From Candidatus Omnitrophota bacterium (GTDB lineage Bacteria; Omnitrophota; Gorgyraeia; Pluralincolimonadales; Pluralincolimonadaceae), in assembly GCA_041651455.1 (NCBI GenBank), contig JBAZJG010000005.1, forward strand, positions 67,882 through 131,881: DNA of 64,000 bases, in the 5' to 3' direction. Made by a program: the position numbers and the translations under genes. Position 1 is the first letter of the stretch. Each line of letters begins with the position of its first letter. Positions 39,627 to 47,992 of the stretch are shown piece after piece. The notes under the pieces are model-generated. The model ran no database searches. It had not been told where the DNA came from and was given only the letters and a program-made list of their open reading frames with translations.

Positions 39627-40052
39627 ATGATCAAGCTCATGGGAAGGAAGGGTTTTACGCTCGTTGAGATTATGATAGTTGTAGCCATTATTGCACTTTT
39701 AGCCGCAATAGCGATACCCAACTTACTGCGTGCTAGACATAATGCCAACGAGGCGGCCGCTATAGCTTCTTTACGTACGATAAGTACGGCGATGGAAAGC
39801 TACAGGGCTGCGCAGACACCTCCGACTTACGTAGGTGGTTCATTAGCGAACTTGGCTGGTGCTAATCCGCCTTATATCGATGCCACATTAGGTGCCGGTA
39901 CAAAGCAAGGATATACGTTCGCGCTCGTGATAGCGAGTGCCAACCAGTATACCTGCACGGCGACGCCTGTAACGGCGAACGTAACGGGTACAAGGGTATT
40001 CGTTGTGACCGAATCAGGTGTTATTACCAGTGGCGGTACACCTATCGAATAG
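39627..40052 (+). CDS. pilA: Type IVa major pilin (PilA-like), copy 1
   Basis: 141 aa. Class III signal peptide MIKLMGRKG|FTLVEIMIVVAIIALLAAIAIP (G-1, F+1, E+5) and a conserved C-terminal QYTCTATPVTANVTG block. Codon usage is atypical for this genome (many TTA, GGT, CGT, GCT codons). Confidence 0.85.
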   Translation: MIKLMGRKGFTLVEIMIVVAIIALLAAIAIPNLLRARHNANEAAAIASLRTISTAMESYRAAQTPPTYVGGSLANLAGANPPYIDATLGAGTKQGYTFALVIASANQYTCTATPVTANVTGTRVFVVTESGVITSGGTPIE

Positions 40053-40081
40053 TCGGTCTGCGTAAAACCGATAGAATGCGA

Positions 40082-40113
40082 AACGACGGTAATCTCAGAT
40101 TACCGTCGTTTTC
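40082..40113 (+). terminator. Rho-independent terminator after pilin copy 1
   Basis: Perfect 13-bp stem aacgacggtaatc / gattaccgtcgtt with loop TCA, followed by TTTT. Confidence 0.7.
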
Positions 40114-40125
40114 ATATCTAGACAC

Positions 40126-40154
40126 TTGACATTTTTCCCGCGAAAATGTAACCT
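40126..40154 (+). promoter_or_regulatory. Possible sigma70 promoter (TTGACA-N17-TAACCT) for pilin copy 2
   Basis: TTGACA at 40126-31, a 17-nt spacer, and a weak -10 TAACCT. Only ~8 nt of leader before the ATG at 40163 and no obvious SD. Confidence 0.35.
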
Positions 40155-40162
40155 ATAAGTCG

Positions 40163-40597
40163 ATGAAGACACCCGGGGCGGTAAGGCCTGGCTTTACTTT
40201 AGTCGAGATAATGATAATAGTGGCGATCATCGCCACGCTCGCGGCCGTCTCTATCCCCGCGTTCCTAAGGGCGCGGATCCAGGCGAATGAGACCGCGGCG
40301 ATAGCGTCGTTGAGGCAGCTTAGTACCGCCTGCGTCAGCTTCCGCAGCATACAGAACCCTCTCTCATATCCGAACAATCTCAACGACCTTAGCAGCGCCA
40401 ACCCGCCGTACATAGACTCCATACTGGGCACCGGGGCCAAACAGGGCTATAACTTCAATTACAGCCTTGTCGGCGCGGACCAGTATACCTGCACCGCTAC
40501 GCCGATAACGGCGAACGTCACTGGTATCAGGACCTTCTTCCTGGATGAATCAGGGGTAATAAAAGAGGATGATGCTTCCGGCGCGCCGGTGGAATGA
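40163..40597 (+). CDS. pilA: Type IVa pilin (PilA-like), copy 2; a tandem paralogue with host-typical codon usage
   Basis: 144 aa. Leader MKTPGAVRPG|FTLVEIMIIVAIIATLAAVSIP. Shares the QYTCTATPITANVTG block and the overall register with copy 1. Confidence 0.85.
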   Translation: MKTPGAVRPGFTLVEIMIIVAIIATLAAVSIPAFLRARIQANETAAIASLRQLSTACVSFRSIQNPLSYPNNLNDLSSANPPYIDSILGTGAKQGYNFNYSLVGADQYTCTATPITANVTGIRTFFLDESGVIKEDDASGAPVE

Positions 40598-40984
40598 TCA
40601 GTAAGCCACGATCCCCCGTTTCTGCATCTGCCTGAGGTCATCGGCGGACGGTGACCGCCTCGGGGGTTCTATAATACCCGGATTTATCGTATCATATCCG
40701 GGATCCTCTATTTCCGGCAACGCGGGTTTTGTTTTCCTGGCCGGCTTTGCCTGCGGGTCAGCTACCACGGTATATTCAGCCACTACGTCAATCGGCGATT
40801 CCGCGATACCGGGTCCGCCCGGCGTGAGCTCATAATTCCCGGCTTGCGTTATCTCCGGCTGGGCCTGCGTTACTGGATCCTTTGTGCCGGGGCCCTCAGG
40901 TGAAGGCAGCGATGTGACGAACATTATCACAAGCATAAGAAAGATGCCGGAAGCGACCGCTATCAGTACCCGGGTCCTGTTCAT
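40598..40984 (-). CDS. Hypothetical Pro/Gly-rich membrane-anchored protein, last gene of the minus-strand minor-pilin operon (start at the ATG with a GGAGGGA RBS overlapping the upstream stop)
   Basis: One N-terminal TM (VLIAVASGIFLMLVIMFV), then a low-complexity P/G/E-rich periplasmic tail (PEGPG, TPGGPG). Its stop abuts the convergent pilin-2 stop. Confidence 0.45.
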   Translation of the reverse strand: MNRTRVLIAVASGIFLMLVIMFVTSLPSPEGPGTKDPVTQAQPEITQAGNYELTPGGPGIAESPIDVVAEYTVVADPQAKPARKTKPALPEIEDPGYDTINPGIIEPPRRSPSADDLRQMQKRGIVAY

Positions 40985-42252
40985 TGTTCCCTCCAAGATA
41001 CCGCTACGAAATCCTTGGTAGTGGGGTAGAAAGGAGGAGGTGCGGTCCTGAGCCTTTCGTCGTAAATGTAATTTTTCGTGAACCCGCTGGCCTTGCTATC
41101 CGTGTTTAAATTGAAGGTCCCTACAGGCCCGCGATATCTCTGTATTATGCCTCCGAGCACATTAAGCGTGCCCTTCATCGTGCTCGTGTAATTATCGAGA
41201 TAAAACGAGTTGGACATTGCCATCATGCTCGCCTGTATCGTCAGGTCGCCGTTGGTGGGACAGGAGGATTGTTGTATCACTATGTTTCTTTCCGCTATAA
41301 GGCCGAGCATGTCGCTTCCCGACGGATTATTATAGTTCACATTACCAGCAATGCTAATGTTGTTGTTCGCGCCTATCGAGAGCCTTCCACTGAGCGTGCC
41401 TTTTACCGTGACGTTGCCGTATTCAACGAGCTTCCTGTTGACAATCCTGTTCTCTACGAAAAGCGCTCCGTTAGCGGGTATCGCCATGTTCGTATTGTTG
41501 TAGCCGGCGTTTGCGTTCGTGACGTTCATCGTGCCGTTCGAGTTCAGTACCACCGAGGTTTCACCGTAGAGTCTCATGCCGCCGCTCGTTGAGGCCTCCC
41601 TGAGGTTCGTCGCCCTAACAGGCACGCCATCCGCATCGACATTGAAGCTTATGCCTTCGACGAACGTTGGGTTATCGTCAGGGGGGCCGCCATGCATGTA
41701 ATTCAAAGAGGATCCTCCCTGGCTTGTCTCGCCGCCGAACCAGGGATCTCTGCATATATTGAAGCTGCCTCTTGTATGGGTAGGTCCGTTGAGCGAGTCG
41801 TTCGTTATGAACCATACGGTCGCGCCTTCGTAGGTCTCTGAGTCGGTGAACCACACATGTCTCGCGAAGTTATCTTGCATGGTCTCAAGTATGACCCTGC
41901 GCCTCGAGTCGTTGCACTGCCCGACGGCTATAATGCGATATCTTTTAGAGTACGAGATCGGGTTGCTGTCGTCAGGATCTATCAGTACCGTATAAGTGCC
42001 TGTTGCCAGCGTAGGGCCTCCCGCAATATTGAAGGGAGACGTGCCGGTCGGAGGCGTCAATTGGGACTTGAGCCAGTCGAACGCGAAGTCGATGCCTGCC
42101 TCCGCGGCATAGAGCGCAGATGCAGAATCCTTGTCGCGTATGGCGGCCCTCATCTCGCTAATGCTCCTGGCCACGTAAACGGACACGAGTATCACGATGA
42201 CGCTTACAACGGCGTAAGCAAAGATCAGTATAAAGCCTTTCCTGTTCTTCAT
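40981..42252 (-). CDS. PilX-N-domain protein; a large (423 aa) Asn/Gly/Thr-rich type IV pilus-associated protein (putative tip or minor pilin-like component)
   Basis: N-terminus MKNRKGFILIFAYAVVSVIVILVSVYVARSISEMRAAIRDKDSASALYAAEAGIDFA matches the PilX N-terminal domain pattern (hydrophobic helix plus AEAG). The remainder is a beta-rich N/G/T/S-rich domain. Confidence 0.6.
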   Translation of the reverse strand: MKNRKGFILIFAYAVVSVIVILVSVYVARSISEMRAAIRDKDSASALYAAEAGIDFAFDWLKSQLTPPTGTSPFNIAGGPTLATGTYTVLIDPDDSNPISYSKRYRIIAVGQCNDSRRRVILETMQDNFARHVWFTDSETYEGATVWFITNDSLNGPTHTRGSFNICRDPWFGGETSQGGSSLNYMHGGPPDDNPTFVEGISFNVDADGVPVRATNLREASTSGGMRLYGETSVVLNSNGTMNVTNANAGYNNTNMAIPANGALFVENRIVNRKLVEYGNVTVKGTLSGRLSIGANNNISIAGNVNYNNPSGSDMLGLIAERNIVIQQSSCPTNGDLTIQASMMAMSNSFYLDNYTSTMKGTLNVLGGIIQRYRGPVGTFNLNTDSKASGFTKNYIYDERLRTAPPPFYPTTKDFVAVSWREQ

Positions 42253-42256
42253 CTTC

Positions 42257-42823
42257 TCAGTTCCTTATTTTTATGCTGCATGTCAGGCTCGACCGCATCT
42301 GGCGTCCCTCGGTACTCGTCTTCCTCGTCTGCAGCGTGACGTTGAAAACTGAGGTTCCTTCCGTAGTATCAACATTCTTAATGAATTGGATTCCGGTGAC
42401 GTTGTTTGCCAAAACGGTCACGATATTGTTGGAGGACCTCAACAGCTGGGTTCCGGACACATAATATGATATCGGCTGTGACCATTCGCGCGCGCCGTCC
42501 GCGTTGACCGTGTCTCCGTCGCCGTCGGTATCGGAGATAGTCACGAACATCACGTTGTTGTAGGCCACGTTATCAGCGTAAATGACCCCGGCGGTGGTTT
42601 TAATCTCGCCCTCCTGCGCCTGCCTGAGTTCCCTGACCATTTGCATCATGCCCTTCCTCGACTCCTGGTTTGCCTGTATCTCGGCGTCGCCCGCGCGCCA
42701 GGCAGCCGCACCGATAACAAGAAAGTATGCCAGGTATCCGCCGATGACCGTGACGATCGCTATCGAGATCATCACTTCGATCAGGCTCAATCCATGGCTG
42801 TTCCTTTCCGCACCGGTTTTCAT
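42257..42823 (-). CDS. Type IV pilus minor pilin / pseudopilin (prepilin-type N-terminal methylation domain)
   Basis: 188 aa. Leader ...NSHG|LSLIEVMISIAIVTVIGG (G-1, E+5). Confidence 0.75.
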   Translation of the reverse strand: MKTGAERNSHGLSLIEVMISIAIVTVIGGYLAYFLVIGAAAWRAGDAEIQANQESRKGMMQMVRELRQAQEGEIKTTAGVIYADNVAYNNVMFVTISDTDGDGDTVNADGAREWSQPISYYVSGTQLLRSSNNIVTVLANNVTGIQFIKNVDTTEGTSVFNVTLQTRKTSTEGRQMRSSLTCSIKIRN

Positions 42824-42826
42824 GGC

Positions 42827-43309
42827 TCAGGTCCCCCGGTTTATCATTAGGGTGGATATCATGGCAGGGGAGTCCACTATTCCGTCGGCATCGATGTCCT
42901 CGGTGCCTTCCAAGTGGCCGCTTAACGCTATACCGCCCCCGCGCCCATTATCCTCCCCGAATATCCTGTTACCGCGCTGCCTCCAGCACACACTGACCGT
43001 GACCCTCAATAAATCCGTCGTTATCGACTCAACATAGATAGTGCCGGTTGCCTGATTGGCAGCGAAGCCGCTCACCGCAAAAGTCTTATTGTCAAAATCA
43101 GACGTTATATCGCCAAAGGTATGGTCACGTATCTCTTCAAGTTTGAACTGGATAGCGGTTGTCGCCAAGGTCGTATTCTTGGCGGTCTCGGCAAGGTTGA
43201 AGCAGAGGACATAAGACGCGAGAAGGCCCGTGATCGCGACAATAAGTATCGTCACTGCCAGCATCAGTTCGAGAAGAGTAAAACCCCTCAACCTCTTTGA
43301 GGCAAGCAT
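42827..43309 (-). CDS. Type IV pilus minor pilin (PilV/GspH-like), first gene of the minus-strand operon. The internal ATG with a GGGAGGG RBS is used (the 43378 start in the ORF track is an extension); coordinate ±1.
   Basis: Leader MLASKRLRG|FTLLELMLAVTILIVAITGLL (G-1, E+5). ~160 aa. Confidence 0.7.
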   Translation of the reverse strand: MLASKRLRGFTLLELMLAVTILIVAITGLLASYVLCFNLAETAKNTTLATTAIQFKLEEIRDHTFGDITSDFDNKTFAVSGFAANQATGTIYVESITTDLLRVTVSVCWRQRGNRIFGEDNGRGGGIALSGHLEGTEDIDADGIVDSPAMISTLMINRGT

Positions 43310-43328
43310 CTTATCGCCCTCCCGATTA

Positions 43329-43357
43329 AAGTATACTACAATGCGGCGCCAATAGCA
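43329..43357 (-). promoter_or_regulatory. Putative sigma70 promoter on the minus strand (TTGCTA-N17-TATACT) for the minor-pilin operon, divergent from pilM
   Basis: Minus-strand reading gives ...cgTTGCTAttggcgccgcattgtagTATACTttaatcgggagggcgataagATG. Confidence 0.45.
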
Positions 43358-43384
43358 ACGATTAGTGAAAATTCGCAATTTTCC

Positions 43385-43413
43385 TTGACTTTATTGCTTA
43401 AAAAATATAAACT
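43385..43413 (+). promoter_or_regulatory. Possible sigma70 promoter for pilMNOPQ (TTGACT with a TATAAA/TAAACT -10 region)
   Basis: TTGACT at 43385-90. The -10 candidates are at spacer 15-17. Leader is very short and the RBS weak. Confidence 0.35.
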
Positions 43414-43421
43414 GATTTCCA

Positions 43422-44351
43422 ATGGCGAGAGAAATCAAGATCCCATTCCTAAACTTCGGTGCGTCTAAGAGCAAGGCCGCGCTGGATATCGGGACATCCT
43501 CCGTGAAATCCATTGTCATCTCTAAGCAGAAGACCGGCAAGATGCAGGTGGAGCATTTTTCCATAGAGCAGTTCGAGGGTGAACGCTCCAAAACGACGCT
43601 GGCTGCCGCGCTGAAACGCTCGATAGCAAAGTCCGATACCAAGATACAAAAAGCGGTCATATCGGTATCCGGGCAATCGGTAGTCGTAAGGCAGGTCCTC
43701 TTCCCCAAAATGAGCCCCGATGAGTTGAGGTCCGCACTCCAGTTTGAAGCAGAAAAATACATCCCGTTCGGCATAAATGAAGTATATATCGATGCCCAGA
43801 TAATAAGCGAAAAAGCCGAGGGCGGCAAGGTCAAGGTCCTCATCGTTGCCGCGAAGAAGGAACTTGTCGACGAATACCTCGGGTATATGAACGAAGCCGG
43901 CGTCACGCCAGAAGCGGTGGATTGCGACTCGATAGCGGTGGCAAACTCTTTTTTATTCAGCAACGCCGGGGCGGGCAAGGACAAGACCGTCGCACTCTTG
44001 AATGTCGGCGCGAGCATGACGAACGTTTGCATCCTGAAGAACGAGATGCTGAATTTTGCCAGGGACATACCGGTCGAGATAAAGGGCATAGACGCGATAG
44101 AGACGCAGGTAAGGCTTTCCTTCGATTATTACGAGAACCAGTTCGGAAAGGGCATAGACGGGATATATATAAGCGGGGGCGGGGCGAGGGAGCCCATGGT
44201 CATTGACAGGCTCAAACAGGCGTTCGGGCTCGATATAATCGTATGGGACCCGACCGCGAACCTTTTGCTTTCGCCGAAATTGGATGCAAAGGCGCTCAAA
44301 GAAGCGTCGGGCCAGATGGCGGTATGCGTCGGGCTCGCGATAAGGCGGTAG
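43422..44351 (+). CDS. pilM: Type IV pilus assembly protein PilM (actin-like)
   Basis: 309 aa. ALDIGTSSVKSIVIS phosphate-1 motif and an FtsA/actin-like fold. First gene of the pilMNOPQ array. Confidence 0.85.
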   Translation: MAREIKIPFLNFGASKSKAALDIGTSSVKSIVISKQKTGKMQVEHFSIEQFEGERSKTTLAAALKRSIAKSDTKIQKAVISVSGQSVVVRQVLFPKMSPDELRSALQFEAEKYIPFGINEVYIDAQIISEKAEGGKVKVLIVAAKKELVDEYLGYMNEAGVTPEAVDCDSIAVANSFLFSNAGAGKDKTVALLNVGASMTNVCILKNEMLNFARDIPVEIKGIDAIETQVRLSFDYYENQFGKGIDGIYISGGGAREPMVIDRLKQAFGLDIIVWDPTANLLLSPKLDAKALKEASGQMAVCVGLAIRR

Positions 44352-44354
44352 CGG

Positions 44355-44969
44355 ATGATCGAGATAAACCTTTTACCGGTCCAGATGAGGGTGCGGAAGA
44401 AAGAGCCGTCGGCAATTCCTTCCATACCGGTAGTGCCCGTCGCGATCGGCATTGTAGCGCTGCTCGTATTGCTGCAGGTATTATTGTTCCTGGCGGTCCA
44501 GTTCAAGGGAGCATCGCTCTCCTCGCTGAAGAATAAGAACGAAAAGATAAAGATAGCGAACGTCGAAGCGGTCAGGCTGGATGAAGCGGTCAGGCTCCTT
44601 TCCTCAAAGGCCGATGTCGTGGACAAGCTCCGGAGCTCGAGGTTCAGCCTTGCGAAGAAGCTCAAAGACCTTTCCGACGCTATGGTGACCGGGACCTGGC
44701 TTCGCAGCATAGATGTCAAGAAGGGCGATTCCCCTTCGGAGCCCGGTATCCTGAAAGAGGTGCTTGTCATAGACGGCTCAAGCGTAGTGTCCGACGGACG
44801 GGAGGACGGCTCGATCGGCAGGTTCGTGAATTCCCTGAAGGACAACGCGTCGTTCAGCGAGGATTTTGACGAGATAGAGCTTTCGAAGGTCGAGAGGAAA
44901 AAGATCAAGAATACCGAGGTGCTGGATTTCGTGATAATCTGCCATTTCAAGAAGGGCAGGGGGCTTTAA
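44355..44969 (+). CDS. pilN: Type IV pilus assembly protein PilN
   Basis: N-terminal INLLP signature, a single TM and a periplasmic coiled coil. Confidence 0.8.
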   Translation: MIEINLLPVQMRVRKKEPSAIPSIPVVPVAIGIVALLVLLQVLLFLAVQFKGASLSSLKNKNEKIKIANVEAVRLDEAVRLLSSKADVVDKLRSSRFSLAKKLKDLSDAMVTGTWLRSIDVKKGDSPSEPGILKEVLVIDGSSVVSDGREDGSIGRFVNSLKDNASFSEDFDEIELSKVERKKIKNTEVLDFVIICHFKKGRGL

Positions 44970-44970
44970 C

Positions 44971-45606
44971 ATGCCGGGCAAACAGGCCATGTCCAAGGAG
45001 GAGATGGAGAAGCTGGTGCTGATAGGCATCGGCGTTGCCGTCGCGTTCTTCGCGCTTATACAATTCTCGACACTCCCGATGATGAGAACGATAGGGAAGC
45101 TCAACAAGGATATCGTAAAGGAGCGCGAAGACCTGAAAAAGGCTGACGCGCTGATAAAGAGCAAGCCGCAGCTCGAGAAGCGGCTTGAGGCGTTAAAGGT
45201 CATGATGGGCAAATACGATAACGCTATACCCCCGAATTCCGAGATGCCGAATATCCTGCAGGAGATCGCGGGGTTCGCGTCAGAATCAAAGGTCAAGATA
45301 AGCAAGATAGAGCCGTTGCGTTCCGAAAAACCGGCGGAGCCCGCAAAGGCCCCTAAAGGCAAGCAGCCCGTAAAACAGGAGGCCGTCAAGAAACCGGCAT
45401 CCATATATACGGAGATACCTATACAAGTCGAGGCGAAAGGCGGTTATCACGCTATCGGGGAATTTATAAACAGTATAGAGACAGCCGATAATGTCATGGC
45501 GATAGGCGATATCGAGATACGCGCGGATTCCGGCGATATTGCGAACCATAGCGCGAGGCTGCTGATAATGGCGTTCGTTCTGAACGAGGAGGAGCCGAGG
45601 AAATGA
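44971..45606 (+). CDS. pilO: Type IV pilus assembly protein PilO
   Basis: 211 aa with a single TM, a coiled coil and a ferredoxin-like C-terminal domain. Position after pilN. Confidence 0.7.
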   Translation: MPGKQAMSKEEMEKLVLIGIGVAVAFFALIQFSTLPMMRTIGKLNKDIVKEREDLKKADALIKSKPQLEKRLEALKVMMGKYDNAIPPNSEMPNILQEIAGFASESKVKISKIEPLRSEKPAEPAKAPKGKQPVKQEAVKKPASIYTEIPIQVEAKGGYHAIGEFINSIETADNVMAIGDIEIRADSGDIANHSARLLIMAFVLNEEEPRK

Positions 45607-45953
45607 GGACGGTTTCCGCCCTGCTGCTTATTATGCTGATGACGATGCCGTTGCTGTTCGGGCAGGCGGCGTTCAAATATGACGCCGGCAATAACAGGGA
45701 CCCTTTCAGGCCGCTCGTAGACAAGGACGGCAACATACTCCCTGAAGCGAGGCCGGTAAGCGCGGTAATGCAGCTCAACCTTGAAGGTATAGTATGGTCG
45801 AGCAGTAGGGACTCTTACGCTATCATCAGCGGTAACGTTGTAAAGATCGGGGACATACTCGGCGATTATAAGGTCGTGAAAATAAATAAAAATCAGGTGA
45901 TCCTTAACAGAGACGGAGAAGATATTGTGCTTACGAGAGGCGAGGAGGAATAA
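45603..45953 (+). CDS. pilP: Type IV pilus assembly protein PilP-like (small, secreted or lipid-anchored beta-domain protein)
   Basis: 116 aa with a signal peptide, an RDPFRPL motif typical of PilP, and a C-terminal beta-domain. Position between pilO and pilQ. Confidence 0.6.
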   Translation: MRTVSALLLIMLMTMPLLFGQAAFKYDAGNNRDPFRPLVDKDGNILPEARPVSAVMQLNLEGIVWSSSRDSYAIISGNVVKIGDILGDYKVVKINKNQVILNRDGEDIVLTRGEEE

Positions 45954-45954
45954 G

Positions 45955-47694
45955 ATGCCCAGGAATATGCCGTTATACTTGTCGGTTTGCTTCATTCTCA
46001 TTACTGCGGTTTCGCCGGTTTTCGGGCAGGATACCCCGGTTGCTCCCGTCGATGAGGAGGTCGTCCCCGTCGTGACCGTGCCGGCGGAGGAAGAGGCCGT
46101 CACCGATGATAAATCGAATAACGTTACGCTTGATTTCAAGGATGCGGATATCCAGAACGTCCTGAGGGTCCTCGCCTACAAGAGCGGCGTGAACATAGTC
46201 GCGGGCAAAGAGGTCATCGGCACCGTGACGATACGCCTCGTGGATGTCCCGTGGGAACAGGCGCTGGCCGTCATCCTTAACACGTACGGTTTTGCGTATG
46301 AACGGGACGGGAATATAATCACGGTCTCAACCGTGGATGCCCTAAAGGAGAGAAGGGAGAAACAGAAGGAGCTTACAGAGATAGAAGGCGTCACGAGCCG
46401 GGTCTTCTCGCTGCAGTTCCTCGATGCGGTCGACGCGAAGAAGATGCTCGAGCCGCAGCTCTCCCCGCAGGGAAAGATATCGGTGCTCGAGATCACCGGG
46501 CAGAAGGGATGGAAGGTGGGCGTACCCGTTGCCGGAGGCCAGGACGCCGAACAGGGCAAGGAGCGCAGGGAGAGGGAGAACGCGAGGTCGCATTCGCTGA
46601 TCATCACTGATACCCCGAGCTCGCTGGACAGGATAACGAAGATACTGGCTGAGATAGACCTGAAGCCTAACCAGGTGCTCATAGAGGCGAGGATAATGGA
46701 GGTCAACAGGAACGTCCTTAAGGACCTGGGTGTAGAGTTCAGCACCGGCAACAGGCTCCAGACGCATGCCGGCAGGACAGATGCCGCCGGCGACCTTACC
46801 GGGGCCGTGAATGTCGGAAGCGGGCACCATGCAGGTGTCATGACCGGGCGCAATTATTCGGAGACAGAGGTCGGCGACGTCAACGGTTTCAACCCGGCCA
46901 ATTTCGTCCCGCTCGCGACAGGATTGACCGCGAACAACGCCGGCATCGAGATATTGTTCGAAAGGCTGATGGGCAGGAACATGGAACTGATGGTCCACGC
47001 GCTTGAAGAGGACGTCAGGACCAACACGCTCTCCGCTCCGAAGATACTCACACTCTCGGGCCAGGAAGCGCTGATACTTATCGGCCAGAAATACCCGATA
47101 ATCGAGACGCAGATATCCGGAACGGCCGGAAACGCGACGATAAACCTCGCGTATTACCAGGATATAGGTATCCAGCTTTACGTCGTGCCGCAGATAAGCG
47201 GCGACGAGAAGTACATCAATATGATAGTCCATCCGGTCATATCGTCTTTCACTGAGACCGTCAGCGATAACGACTACCCGATACTCGTGACGAGGGAAGC
47301 CGAGACGCAGGTACTCATGATGGACGGCGAGACGATAGTCATCGGAGGCCTCCTGAAGGACGTGAAGTCGAAAGGCAAGATAGGTATCCCGCTCCTGAGC
47401 GACATCCCGGTGATCGGCGCGCTCTTTACGAGGACAACGGATGACATCGAGAAGATAGACCTTCTTATCTTCATCACGGCGCGCGTGATAAAGCCGGGCG
47501 AGCTTAACGAGCAGGAGATGGCCATGGTAAAGCAGGCGCTTGATGCGGGCCAGGCGAACGTGACGCCGCCGGCAAAGAAGGAGATAAAGAAACAGGAGAA
47601 CAAGGACAAGAAGGATAACAAGGAAGAGAATATAAAGGTCGAAGGGTTCAGCAAACCCAAGAAGGGGAACAGCGGATATTTGAACTCGAGGTAA
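45955..47694 (+). CDS. pilQ: Type IV pilus secretin PilQ (start at the ATG after the GAGGAGGA RBS; the 45925 start in the ORF track is an extension)
   Basis: Signal peptide, N0/N1 domains (VTLDFKDADIQNVLRVLAYKSGVNIV), and a C-terminal secretin domain (...ETIVIGGLLKD...IPLLSDIPVIGALF). Confidence 0.85.
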   Translation: MPRNMPLYLSVCFILITAVSPVFGQDTPVAPVDEEVVPVVTVPAEEEAVTDDKSNNVTLDFKDADIQNVLRVLAYKSGVNIVAGKEVIGTVTIRLVDVPWEQALAVILNTYGFAYERDGNIITVSTVDALKERREKQKELTEIEGVTSRVFSLQFLDAVDAKKMLEPQLSPQGKISVLEITGQKGWKVGVPVAGGQDAEQGKERRERENARSHSLIITDTPSSLDRITKILAEIDLKPNQVLIEARIMEVNRNVLKDLGVEFSTGNRLQTHAGRTDAAGDLTGAVNVGSGHHAGVMTGRNYSETEVGDVNGFNPANFVPLATGLTANNAGIEILFERLMGRNMELMVHALEEDVRTNTLSAPKILTLSGQEALILIGQKYPIIETQISGTAGNATINLAYYQDIGIQLYVVPQISGDEKYINMIVHPVISSFTETVSDNDYPILVTREAETQVLMMDGETIVIGGLLKDVKSKGKIGIPLLSDIPVIGALFTRTTDDIEKIDLLIFITARVIKPGELNEQEMAMVKQALDAGQANVTPPAKKEIKKQENKDKKDNKEENIKVEGFSKPKKGNSGYLNSR

Positions 47695-47704
47695 GGAGGA
47701 GAGA

Positions 47705-47992
47705 GTGAAAGCATTTAAGTATTTATTTCTGGCCGTTTGCGTGGCGGCGCCTTTTTATGCCGGAGCCGCAGACATAAATACGGCCGACTTTGACAGCGAC
47801 TATTCGGATGCCGCGCAGGTAAGGGGTTCCGAAGCGGTCAAGGGGACGGATCTGCTGGTAAGGGACACGACGAGTGTCCTGCACAGGGAGCATATGGCGA
47901 TACTCCAGGCGCTTGCCGAACTGCGCAAGGAGATCGCCGATATGAAGAAGGATGTCAAGGACACGAAGGACCAGGTAGAAAGTGGCCAATGA
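47705..47992 (+). CDS. Small secreted hypothetical protein (95 aa) immediately after pilQ
   Basis: Signal peptide MKAFKYLFLAVCVAAPFYAGA|AD, then an acidic region and a C-terminal amphipathic helix. Overlaps the next gene start by 11 nt. Confidence 0.45.
   Translation: MKAFKYLFLAVCVAAPFYAGAADINTADFDSDYSDAAQVRGSEAVKGTDLLVRDTTSVLHREHMAILQALAELRKEIADMKKDVKDTKDQVESGQ

Noticed and set aside
40053-40162. The 110-nt gap between the two pilin genes was examined for a small RNA, a tRNA or a phase-variation switch, such as invertible repeats or homopolymer tracts.
   Set aside because: It contains only a clean intrinsic terminator followed by a -35/-10-like element. There are no flanking inverted repeats typical of invertase switches, no long homopolymeric or SSR tract, and no tRNA-like features.
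43391-44089. 232-aa minus-strand ORF, plus the small ORFs 43449-43676 and 43922-44206, inside pilM.
   Set aside because: They are antisense or out-of-frame to a well-supported pilM. A minus-strand gene would also collide with the divergent promoter region at 43310-43421.
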